From the NCBI GenBank assembly GCA_000004985.1, contig GG738888.1: a stretch of 64,000 nucleotides of DNA. One strand, written 5' to 3'. Made by a program: the position numbers and the translations under genes. Source of the DNA: Naegleria gruberi. Its lineage: Eukaryota. Under the pieces are notes generated by a model, which ran no database searches, was not told the origin of the DNA, and saw only the letters and a list, made by a program, of their open reading frames with translations. Below, one piece after another: positions 10,931-20,933 of this stretch; the first letter of the stretch is position 1, and each line of letters opens with the position of its first letter.

Positions 10931-11001
10931 TCGGGTGTGGTATAGTGGTAGCATTCCAGACTGTCACTCTGGCGACCCGGGTTCAATTCCCGGCACTCGA
11001 G
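10931..11001 (+). tRNA. tRNA-Asp (anticodon GTC), 71 nt
   Basis: TCGGGTGTGGTATAGTGGTAGCATTCCAGACTGTCACTCTGGCGACCCGGGTTCAATTCCCGGCACTCGAG. It has a 7-bp acceptor stem, a CCGGG/TTCAATT/CCCGG T-arm and an anticodon stem CCAGA/TCTGG with loop CTGTCAC (GTC). Confidence 0.9.
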
Positions 11002-11180
11002 TATAACTTTTTAACTATTAGGATTCAATTTTAACTTTTTCAAAGAATGTAAACTATATAATATAGTCTACCAATATTTGAAAATTCAAGGTTTAATTAT
11101 CTGTTTTCATCGAAATATTTACAAAAGTTTCAGGTCCATTTTTTTGAACTCATTTTTTACCTTATTCGATCATACTAAAG

Positions 11181-11711
11181 TCAACATCTCGTATAACGAG
11201 AACCTAAAAGATATTCATAACGTTCCAATTCAGCACATGCAAACAATCTTCCATTATCAGCTTTATATACAATCTTTTTAGTATTTGGCTTTATATTTTT
11301 CATTTCATAATAACAATGACATTTCTTATCGAGAAATCTGTGAATCAATGGATCCACAACATATTTCTTTCCATCTCTCTTCACAACTAGTACTACCACA
11401 TGGAGTTGGGTAAAAACATTTAAAGACATTATTTCAGATTTACTAGTAATATTACCATCTCTAAATTGACTCTTCAAGCTTGAATTACGAAGTATATTAT
11501 TCATTTCATTTGCAGAGTAGAATGTTCTCTCGTCTTCACCACAAGGGGATTTCAGTTTTGGAATTAAATGTTTGCACGTTTCGATTAAAGTGTTAAGAAA
11601 CGGGTCGTAAATGTAGTAATACCAATATAAATAGGAAGAAAGGGAAACTATGAAGAGGGAAATCAAGATTAATAGATACATTTTTTTATCTTTCAGTTGG
11701 ATTTGTTTCAA
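11181..11711 (-). CDS. Hypothetical type II membrane protein (176 aa)
   Basis: ORF with an N-terminal TM helix (MYLLILISLFIVSLSSYLYWYYYIY) and a Cys-containing C-terminal domain. No family is recognised. Confidence 0.45.
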   Translation of the reverse strand: MKQIQLKDKKMYLLILISLFIVSLSSYLYWYYYIYDPFLNTLIETCKHLIPKLKSPCGEDERTFYSANEMNNILRNSSLKSQFRDGNITSKSEIMSLNVFTQLHVVVLVVKRDGKKYVVDPLIHRFLDKKCHCYYEMKNIKPNTKKIVYKADNGRLFACAELERYEYLLGSRYTRC

Positions 11712-11874
11712 TGAGTTTCACTATTTGTTTTACTAATTCCTAATTTGGAATTTTTATTTTTTTAGTAGGTTCACAAATCGGAAAATCAACAGAATCAGTC
11801 TTTACAAATTTATTATACATTCAATCTTATTAAGATTTTTCATAACTTTTTATACAATTTCAAATTCAAAAAAA

Positions 11875-12303
11875 ATGTCCACATCAGGAAAGGAATTAAT
11901 TATTCAACAAATTCATCAACAACTTGGTAGACTCCTCAAACAATTAGAAGATGTAGAAGATAATCGAGAACTGCTCGATTCGGAAGAAGAATATTTAGAA
12001 ATCAAGGGAGAAACCCTCAAACAATTAGAAGAGTTTCAGAATACTCTCAACGAATTAAATCATCAAGAATTAGCCTCCGATCAATTAAGCTCCTTCAAGA
12101 TGGCTATCCAGGCAGCATGTAGTCAAGCGTTTAAAACTCCAGAAATTATTTTGTCGATGAGTGATTTTAGGGAAAAGAAGAGTGAATTGTTGAGTGCTTT
12201 GCAGAAATTGGGAGTTTCTTTGAATTCCGAACAGACTCTCTTCTTGAAACAGAATATGAGTGAACAGCTGAAGCAATTTGTGGATGAAGAATCAAAGTGG
12301 TAA
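11875..12303 (+). CDS. LZIC: LZIC homolog (leucine zipper and ICAT/CTNNBIP1 domain protein), 142 aa
   Basis: True ATG at 11875. The N-terminus MSTSGKE...[34 protein letters not shown] and the core [29 protein letters not shown] closely match metazoan LZIC (MASRGK...LQDLEECREELD...[25 protein letters not shown]). Confidence 0.85.
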   Translation: [142 protein letters not shown]

Positions 12304-12375
12304 TGGAAATGGATGTTGTTAATATTTTTGAAGGTTTTGGAAATTAAGGAAATATTTAGTAAAGCAAGGAATAAG

Positions 12376-15218
12376 TTAATGGTAAACATCACGAATGGAT
12401 TTAATTCTTATATTGGAAATGAATTGATCCAAATTTTGAATTCTTAATTGATGATTTAAAGTGGAGAAGCGAATAGTTTCTGATCTTTCTTTCAACATCA
12501 TTAGTCCATTCCTGTCAAATCTTCCTGAATTTCCATCATTTTCTAACCAAACATAAAAGGCAACTTGATCTGAAATCAAATCAAATTGAACCACTGTTCC
12601 ATCCTCCAATAATTTTGCATTGATAATTTTAAAGTTTGTTTTTGGCAAATCAGTGACAAGTGCCAATGGTGAGAGGAAGTGAACATTTTCAGAGATAATC
12701 TCATTAGTAGAATAGTCGGTCAAGGACATGTGGACAAAGCAACGATTCGAAAGGAAGCACAAACTTTCTAGGATGAGCATTTCACTTTCCTTTGCAAAAA
12801 TCATTTGTCCAGAGAGTGGTTGAATGGAAAGGTTTGGGAAATTCAAAGTCTTTTTGATTTCACCATTCGAATATTGAATTATTTTCACAGTGACTGATGC
12901 TGTCAATTGTTTCATTCGATCAGTGGTGACAAAAATCTTAAACCATCCTCCCTGTTCGTAGGATAACACAAGACTCTCTGAGAAGAAATCCTTAACAAAG
13001 TAATGCATCATCTTCCATTTTAATCCATATTCCAAAGACGCCCAGTCCACAGTTTGCCAAATCGAATTCAATTGCCAATATAGGGCTCCATATGTTTGAA
13101 CATTTGGATCATCCCTTAGAGATCTGTAATATTCAGTTTGAGCTTTCATGCAGAGAGCTTGCGAGCATTGAGACAAGTAAATGAAATTTTCAAAATTTCC
13201 ATATAAATTATCAAATTTGAAATGATTTCCTATTTGGAAGAGTATTTGATTGGTACCGTCTGGATGGTGTTGTCTATGATTCATTAGTGTGGAATTATAG
13301 AACCAATCCTGGGCCATACTCACAGATTTGAAAGTTTGTAATGAGGCAAACGATTGATGTCCATACTCAGACATGAATCTGGCTCTTGGGAAATTATCCA
13401 CGTTGGTACAAACTGTACTGTAATCATAATAGTGAACATCTCCCAATGAGGTAGAGTAAGGATTAAGCCAATATCCAACGTATGGCTCTTCAGAAATTAC
13501 TCCCTTTGAAGGGCTTGATGGCCAGAATGGTCTTGAACTATCCACTTGAAGAAGATTTCTCCTCACCGTCTCGAAATATAATGTTCCATAATCGACAATG
13601 TATCTCATCTTGTTTGTGTTTGAATTAATCACTGGCGAGTACCAAGTATCTCCCCACAGAGAGGCCTCATTCTCATTACTTCCACTCCACATGATAATTG
13701 ATGGATGGTGCATCAATCGAGTTGCTTGTTGTTGAATTTCCTTTGAAATACTTTGTAGGAATAGTTCAGTTCTTGGATAGGTAGCACATGCAAACATGAA
13801 TTCTTGCCAAACCAATATTCCCTTCTCATCACAAAAATCATAGAAGGAATCTCTTTCAAAATTTCCACCTCCCCAAATCCTCAAAGTATTTTGATTGGAT
13901 TCTATGAAGGAATCGAGTAAATTTCTCAAATCTTGGTCGCTCACTCTTTCAACAAATGAATCTGGAGGAATGTAATTGGAACCTTTGGCAAATACTGGAA
14001 TTCCATTAATTTCAAAATAGAATGATTTGCTTGGATTGTTGATTGGATCAGTTTCTTGGATTGGCTTTTGAATTATTTTCACTTGTCTGAAAGCAATTCG
14101 TTTTTGTAAAGTGTCGTGGAATGATTGACTGGTGAGTGAGGCTTTCACTTGATAGAGAGGTTGAGACCCATAGCCAACTGGATACCATAATTGAACATTT
14201 TGGCAGGGAGTTGTTAATTCGAATTGTAAAAATCCATTCGAAATTTCACATTGATTGATGTTTACGATTTGAGAATTGGAGCAAATGGAATTTGATGAGG
14301 AATCTTCAATGTTCACTGAAATTTTGATTTGTTTTGGTAAATTAATCTCTGATACTACTTGAATGATGAAAGTGGAATTGATTTTGAACGTATTCGAAAG
14401 TGTTGGAATAATTTCTGCTCCGTTTCTTTTTGGAATAATATTAGATACTGGAAATGTTTCAATTCTCAAATCTTTCAATGTTAGAGAATTATAAACTGTT
14501 ATCAACTTGACTTGTTTCCAAATTCCTCTATTGATTTTTTATAAATTAGTGAGGAAATATTCGAAACTTACATTGGAGCAAAACAAGGACCCCAATCCCA
14601 TGAAAACGAAGATTGTGTCTTTCTTATAAAGTTTCTATTCAACTCACCATGCTGAACTTGCTCATTATCACTTGTTGGAATTGGATACAGACTTTCCTTT
14701 GCTTTCCGTTTCGAATATTCAATAGCAGATTGAAATTTCACAACCAACAAATTGGATTTTTCTCTTATCAAATCAGTTACATCAATCTCAATCTTGTGAA
14801 ACATATTCTCACTACCTCCAATCCACTGTCCATTCAATTCAATATCACAAACAGTATCCAATCCATCAAATTGTAAATAAATTCGTTTCATTTCGTTCAT
14901 TTTCATGCCACTTCCCAAATCAAATTGATTTGTAAATATCCACCCCTCCAAAGCCACCCATCTCAACAGTACATCATTAAATCGATAATACGGATCAGGA
15001 ATTACACTCCGATTATAGAGAATGGTGTGGACTGTTGCTGGAATTTGAAAATTACATTCTCTGATGGTTTGATTGTTGTTTTGGAGACACCAACCTTGAG
15101 AGAGGGGTAATTCTTGGTGTTGTTGTTGTTGTATGGATGTGTGTGCAAGGCTGGTTGAGATCAAAAGAAGGAAAGAGATGAAAAAGAGTTCGTGCATTTT
15201 TTTATGAGATTTAGCCAT
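12376..15218 (-). CDS. Beta-mannosidase (glycoside hydrolase family 2, MANBA-like), 2 exons, ~925 aa
   Basis: Exon 1 is 14572..15218: ATG at 15218, a signal peptide, and the GH2 N-terminal sugar-binding region ending ...[14 protein letters not shown]. The 44-nt intron at 14528..14571 runs GTAAGT...AATAG. Exon 2 is 12376..14527 ([14 protein letters not shown]...). The junction reproduces the conserved human MANBA segment [25 protein letters not shown]. The ORF-track start at 14505 is a TTG. Confidence 0.85.
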
Positions 15219-15412
15219 TCACCCATTGAATCAAAGTTTACAATGAGAATATCATAACTATCTTTTATCAAAGTTTAAGGGTTCGAGCCATTGGTTAAAT
15301 CTGAATTTTATTGAATGGAGTACTATTGAATTAAAGCTGCGTTTATTGAAAGAAGAGCAACAATTTAAGAAACGACTGCTCAACATCTAAAGGGATTTCA
15401 TAATGAATGTAA

Positions 15413-15485
15413 GCTGGCGTAGCTCAGTCGGTAGAGCGTTGGTCTAATAAGCCATTGGTCGCCGGTTCGATCCCGTCCGTCAGCA
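15413..15485 (+). tRNA. tRNA-Ile (anticodon AAT), 73 nt
   Basis: GCTGGCGTAGCTCAGTCGGTAGAGCGTTGGTCTAATAAGCCATTGGTCGCCGGTTCGATCCCGTCCGTCAGCA. It has a canonical D-arm (GCTCAGTCGGTAGAGC) and an anticodon loop CTAATAA. It is close to eukaryotic tRNA-Ile-AAT. There is one C-U mismatch in the T-stem. Confidence 0.88.
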
Positions 15486-15505
15486 TGAAATTTTATATTT
15501 TTATT

Positions 15506-17992
15506 TCAGTAATTGAAAATCTTCAAGACAGAACCATAGAAACCATAAACTTTTCTTTCCTGTGAATCAATTGCCAAACATCCACAAACTGTTCCTTCAA
15601 CATACAATATTGTCACATATTCACATGTCTTTCCATTATAAATTCTCAAATAATTGGAATCGTATTCTGCCTCAAAAATAAAATTATTCTTTGCGTCCAC
15701 ATTCACCACGTACGGCTTATCAAATTGAATTTCCACTCCACACGGAACATTCTTAATAATTTTCCCTTCTTTAGAAACAAATAAGAGTTGATTTTTTTCC
15801 TTTTCACAGACAATCAAGTGAGATTGATCTGCACTGAGGCACATGTCCGTTGGGAAGGTAATTCCAATACCAGTGATGGTTCTTGATAATTTTCCATCCT
15901 TGGAAAGTACAAGAATATCGCCATTAATAGCATCACCTACAAATATTGTACCATCTGAGTCTTGGCAAGTAACACCTTTGGCTCTTCTGATTGGATATGA
16001 CCAAATTTCTTTTCCATTCTTGGAAGAGGAGAATTTAGAAACCTTTCCCATGAATGAAATTACAAAGCTATCATCAATGCTGGAATAACACATCTTGTCT
16101 GGCATATCTCCTAGATTGGTGTGAACTTCAATCTTTCTACTTGTCAAATCCAAAGATAATAAATTTGAATTTAAAAAGTTACTAATTATCAATCTGTTGT
16201 GCTTCTTTTGTAAAACCATACCGAGAGGATTTTTAAAATCCAAATATTCATCATAATTTCCAGTTGACTCTATTTTGTCGACTTCCTCCAAAAATATCAA
16301 TGCATTTTGATCTTTGGATTCTTCAGTAGTAGCATTGGGATCATCCAAGGCAAAATCCAAATCATCCAAGTTCAAATCCAAACCGTCCAAATTCAAATCC
16401 AAACTATCCAAGTTCAAATCTAAATCTTTCAAACTCAAACAAGCAACAACCATTTCAGCCGAAATTCTGTCCTTTGGATTTCTTCTCAACATGGAATAGA
16501 CAAGGTCAATAAAATCTGTAGAGAAATTTCCTCTTTCCAAAATCTTTTTGGATATAAATTTCTTGAAATCTTCTTCATCTTGACTTGTGACAAGTGTTGC
16601 CAATGATGTGACCATATCAAAAGTAGCAAGTTGATACATGGAAACACCCAAAGCAAACATATCAGATGCAAATGAAAATGGATTGGATCCCATATTACTC
16701 ACAGAATATTCGACCAATTCTGGAGCTAAATAATTCATTGTACCCGCAATAGCAACTGATTGAGTGAAATTTTCCAAAGATTTAGCCAATCCAAAATCTC
16801 CCAAAGCAACAGTAATAATTTCATGTTCAGGATCCAAATTTCTAACCAGAATATTATGTGGTTTGATATCTCTATAATTCAATTAAATCAAAGATTTGAA
16901 ACATTTTGAAATTACCTACCTATGAATAGTTCCATCTGTTTTCTGCATCATGTCTAAAGCACTACAAACTTGTCTGGCCACTTCTTTCATCATATTTTCA
17001 TTCAATTCCAATTTTGGTTTCACAACCGATGAGTAAAGACTTCCCTTTGACATGAGCTCCATTTCAATACAAATCTTGGACATGACTCCTGGCAAAAAGA
17101 CATCCAATGTAGAAACAATGTGTTCATGAGTCAATTTGGTCATTTTCATGGCTTCTTGGAGTGCATTATTAATATCCGAAACATTCTCAATGATCATGAT
17201 CTTCAAGGCCTTTTCCTTTCCATTCTTTCTATCGACCACTTTATAGACAGCTCCAAAAGCACCAGCATCCAATCGAATAATTTCAGAATATCTCTTTTCC
17301 AAGATGGCTTCTACTGTTTCTTGAGAGAATGTTTCATTTCTAATAACTGAATTATTGGTGGCCTTATTGGAATTATTACCAGTACTACCAGGTGATGATG
17401 ATTCTCCTCCACTCATTGATTTGAAAGAAGCAATGCTATTTGACATTTCGAATGACATTGAAGGGAAATCTGAAGATGATGAATTTGATTTGTTTGGTTG
17501 ATATTTTACATTGATTGATTTGTCCTCTGGAGCTGCCGTCTTGGAAAATAACATGAAATCTTCAACTCCTTCACTATCAAAGATGGATACTTCCGTTTTT
17601 AATTTTACATCAAAATACGAAAGTTTACACAAACTTTCTTCCAGATTCGAATCTTGGAATTTAGATTGAATAATCTTGAAAAGCTCTGTTTTAGATAATG
17701 TATCGGAAGGATTTAATCTAATATATTGACATTCTTGTGAATTATTTGATAAATTTTGTAATTTTACCAAAACTCTTATAGGATCCGAGTTGGTTGTTGG
17801 GGATATAGTTGCTGTTTTAGTATTTGGTGATGGTGATGATTCTAAAGAAATTGTATTCTTATCTTCCTTTGATCCACCTCTCAACTTTTTCAAGAAGGAT
17901 GACATTTTTTTTGATGTTGTTGAACTTTTTGAAACAGTTTTGTTACATTTATTCACTGATGCAACGAAAGGGCTCAGATCGTTATTATACAA
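15506..17992 (-). CDS. Ser/Thr protein kinase with a C-terminal NHL/beta-propeller-like repeat region, 2 exons
   Basis: Exon A (16920..17992) carries the Gly-loop LDAGAFGAVYKV and VAIK-like ALKIM. The 48-nt intron at 16872..16919 runs GTAGGT...TTATAG. Exon B (15506..16871) begins R-DIKPHNILV (catalytic loop HRDIKPHN), has DFG and APE (MNYLAPE), then an (LDLN)n linker and repeated GxIFVGD / LSKDGK beta-propeller-like segments. The 5' end is uncertain. The track start at 17992 is TTG and the first in-frame ATG is at 17905. An in-phase upstream donor/acceptor pair (GTAAGT at ~18046, acceptor at 18000) suggests a further 5' exon. Confidence 0.78.
16341..16437 (-). repeat. 12-nt tandem repeat encoding (LDLN) units in the kinase linker
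   Basis: caagttcaaatccaaa units translate on the minus strand to LDLNLDSLDLNLDGLDLNLDDLDF. Confidence 0.8.
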
Positions 17993-18183
17993 GAGACGAG
18001 CTGTAAAATGTTTACAAAAACTGTAAATTCAACTACAGTTTTATTCCGAATACTTACCTTTTTCATTCAATTTTGAAACGTGATAAAGACTTTTGACATA
18101 TTGTAACTTTTTATTACTCCAAACTCAACAATTTTCACACCAACCATTTCAGAAAAAAAATACTATTCATCAAAAGCTTGGAA

Positions 18184-20562
18184 ATGAAAGTTGTTTTCCT
18201 TTTATTTCTGCTCGTATTGTTGTTGTTTTTTTCTCAACCTTCAATTGCCTCTGATAATAGCAAGCTCAGGAGAACTTTTCTAAAAGTAATTACTCAATGT
18301 TCATGTCAAGAACAAGTAACAAGTACTTTGGAAGACTTCAATGCATGTAGAATGGGTTCATTTAAATATCAAGGAGCGGGTGATCATGTTCATTTCACTA
18401 CTGAACTCGACCACAAAACTTATGTACTATTGATGAAGGATAAGTATGTAGTTTTGACAGCAGGAGGTGGTGAAGGTTTTGATGGAGTGAATGGTACAGT
18501 GTGTAGAAAACCTGGTTATGCTGGAGATGGTGATTTGGCCATCAAGGCATTGATGAATAGACCACTACACAATTCTATTGATCAAGTTACAGGGGATCGC
18601 TACTTGACTGATTCGCGCAATGACTGTATTCGAAAGGTTTCGAATCAGTACATTGATACTGTGGTAGGAACTGGAAAGTTTGGTACTGGTACACTTGTAG
18701 ATGGATTGCCTGCAACTAGTGTAAGCTTGGACAATCCAGTCAGCACAGTTTTTGCTGCCAATCAGCTCTTCATTCAAGAAGCAAGAGGAATTCTTGTGGT
18801 TAAGAATGAAATCATTTCCATCTTTATTGATCCAAAAGCAACAAACTTTGAAATCACAACATTTGGGGTATCTCCTGATGGTTCAACAGTTTATGTGGCC
18901 ATGCTACAAAACGGATCTTCCTATTTGAAGCAATATCACGAAAACGGCACTTGGACAAACATTATGGGAACATCAAAAAGACAATTAGAGGTTAGTGAAT
19001 TTGGACACAATAAGATGGCTTTTAATTCTTCTCTCTACTTTGTGTCTGATATAGTGTTTACTAATTATGGTACTGTTTATATAATTGACAATTACTTTCA
19101 CAATGATTCTTCATTGATCAAAGCCCAGGATCCAAGAATTAGATACCAATACTCTGCAATACATAGATTAGAAGTTGATGGTTCCTTTACCACTTTGCAG
19201 GTGTCTGATGTCGATACAAGGTTTAGCGATTTAGATGTTCATCCAGATGGAAATAGGTTTATTTATTCCACCAGTGAAGGGAAAACCCAGTCTTTTATTG
19301 CAGAATATGAGATTTATTGCAATGAAGGAAAAGCACTTTCAATCGATAAGAGAAGATGTGTTCCCATTTGTGGACAATATTCTTCTGAGCATCCAATGGT
19401 CTGTAATGGTCACGGTTCATGTTTAGACAATGGTTTATGTAACTGCACTGATGGATGGAGCCAAATTGACTATTGTGAAACTCCAATTTGTTTTGAGGAT
19501 TCCTCAGATTTTGGAGGTTGTACAGGTCATGGAAAATGCATTGGTCCTGATGAATGTGCATGTTTTAAAGGTTATGCCAGTAGTGAAGATGAAGAGAAAA
19601 GATGTCAATTTACACTTTGCCATGGAACACTATCTAATAATCATTCACATGTATGCTCAGGAAGAGGATCATGTGTAGAAGTAGACAATTGTGAGTGTTA
19701 TACTGTGAATGGAGCTCTAGCCTATCAAGGAGATAATTGTGAGTATGCTCTCTGTCATGGAATTTGGTCATATGATACAATGGTTTGCAGTGGAAATGGA
19801 AGTTGTATAAATCTTGACGAGTGTCATTGTCATAAGGATTATTGGGGAGACAATTGCCAACACAAATATAGCAACTCAATAATTTTGGGTGTTGCTGTTG
19901 GTGGTTGCTTGCTAGTGATTGTAATAGTATTGATTGGTATTGTTTGGTTTACTATAACACGCAAGAACAACAAATTAAAAGGTTCTAATCAACTCTTGGC
20001 CAATGAAAAGGAACAATTACTGGGTGATAAGAAGCAATTAGCAGGTTCTTATCAACGCTTGGCCAATGAACAGAATCAATTATTAGGTGATTACGATCGT
20101 TTAAATAAGAAATTCCAAGACTTGGAAAACCAAAAAAATCTCGAGATCAATATAGAACAAAATGGCAAGGTTGTCATGAAACAAATTAATCTAAAAGATA
20201 TTGAAAACAATGCAAACAGGTATATATCTTTTGACTACTTAGGTAATTTCGGTATTAAGAAAATTGCCGAGATTAACATGACAAGATCATTTCTAATTCA
20301 TAGTCGTATTTTCGATTATCAAAAGAATGAACAGATGAGCAATGTTGTTGAAATAATTAGCATTTTCACTCAAAAAGATGCTAACCATCCTCGTCAATAT
20401 ATTGCTTTGAGACACTATCCAAATGATAGGTTAAGAGAAGCATCCTCGGTAGTGAAACAGGCTATATTCACTTTAGAAGGACTTAAAAAAGCCTTCTTAA
20501 GCATGTGTTTAGAAATTTCAAATTCTAAAATAAAACATATTCTGTTGTGGTATTCAAATTGA
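18184..20562 (+). CDS. Type I membrane protein with tenascin-type EGF repeats and a cytoplasmic coiled-coil (~792 aa)
   Basis: True ATG at 18184, followed by a signal peptide (MKVVFLLFLLVLLLFFSQPSIA). There are about 6 Cys-rich EGF-like repeats (CxxxCxGHGxCxxxxxCxCxxGW/Y...C), a TM helix (ILGVAVGGCLLVIVIVLIGIVWFTI), and LLANEKEQLLGDKKQL / LANEQNQLLGDYDRL heptad repeats. Confidence 0.75.
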   Translation: MKVVFLLFLLVLLLFFSQPSIASDNSKLRRTFLKVITQCSCQEQVTSTLEDFNACRMGSFKYQGAGDHVHFTTELDHKTYVLLMKDKYVVLTAGGGEGFDGVNGTVCRKPGYAGDGDLAIKALMNRPLHNSIDQVTGDRYLTDSRNDCIRKVSNQYIDTVVGTGKFGTGTLVDGLPATSVSLDNPVSTVFAANQLFIQEARGILVVKNEIISIFIDPKATNFEITTFGVSPDGSTVYVAMLQNGSSYLKQYHENGTWTNIMGTSKRQLEVSEFGHNKMAFNSSLYFVSDIVFTNYGTVYIIDNYFHNDSSLIKAQDPRIRYQYSAIHRLEVDGSFTTLQVSDVDTRFSDLDVHPDGNRFIYSTSEGKTQSFIAEYEIYCNEGKALSIDKRRCVPICGQYSSEHPMVCNGHGSCLDNGLCNCTDGWSQIDYCETPICFEDSSDFGGCTGHGKCIGPDECACFKGYASSEDEEKRCQFTLCHGTLSNNHSHVCSGRGSCVEVDNCECYTVNGALAYQGDNCEYALCHGIWSYDTMVCSGNGSCINLDECHCHKDYWGDNCQHKYSNSIILGVAVGGCLLVIVIVLIGIVWFTITRKNNKLKGSNQLLANEKEQLLGDKKQLAGSYQRLANEQNQLLGDYDRLNKKFQDLENQKNLEINIEQNGKVVMKQINLKDIENNANRYISFDYLGNFGIKKIAEINMTRSFLIHSRIFDYQKNEQMSNVVEIISIFTQKDANHPRQYIALRHYPNDRLREASSVVKQAIFTLEGLKKAFLSMCLEISNSKIKHILLWYSN

Positions 20563-20933
20563 ATGTCCATGATAAAGTTGTGATGTGGTGATGAAATGTT
20601 GTATTTGGTCTTTAAACTCAAGATACAGTTCATGAATAATGTTGAAATTATATCTAACCTAACGTTGAATGTACAGATTTGAGTAGATATCAATTAAAAA
20701 ACTATACCTTCCTTAATAACCTTACTTCCATCCCAATTCAGGAAGTGCTATTTACTTAATTGTTTTAAGAACCTTCCTTAATAACTTAATCAGGGGCCTT
20801 TTTAGGTATCCATGACTTTCCACCCGAATAATCTCCAGCTTCTTAGAGCGAGTATTCGAGTTGCGTGTGGTCGAAATTCAAGCGAGTGTGGTCAGTTTGC
20901 CGACAAGCTACATAAAAAACCTTAGAAAAAAAA

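Noticed and set aside
14505-14505. ORF-track methionine starts at 14505, 17992, 18178, 27323, 29677, 41195, 50057, 53872 and 63136
   Set aside because: Inspection of the DNA shows these are TTG/GTG codons, because the track allows alternative starts. They correspond to internal residues or spliced exons, and I replaced them with ATG starts or splice junctions where I could derive them.
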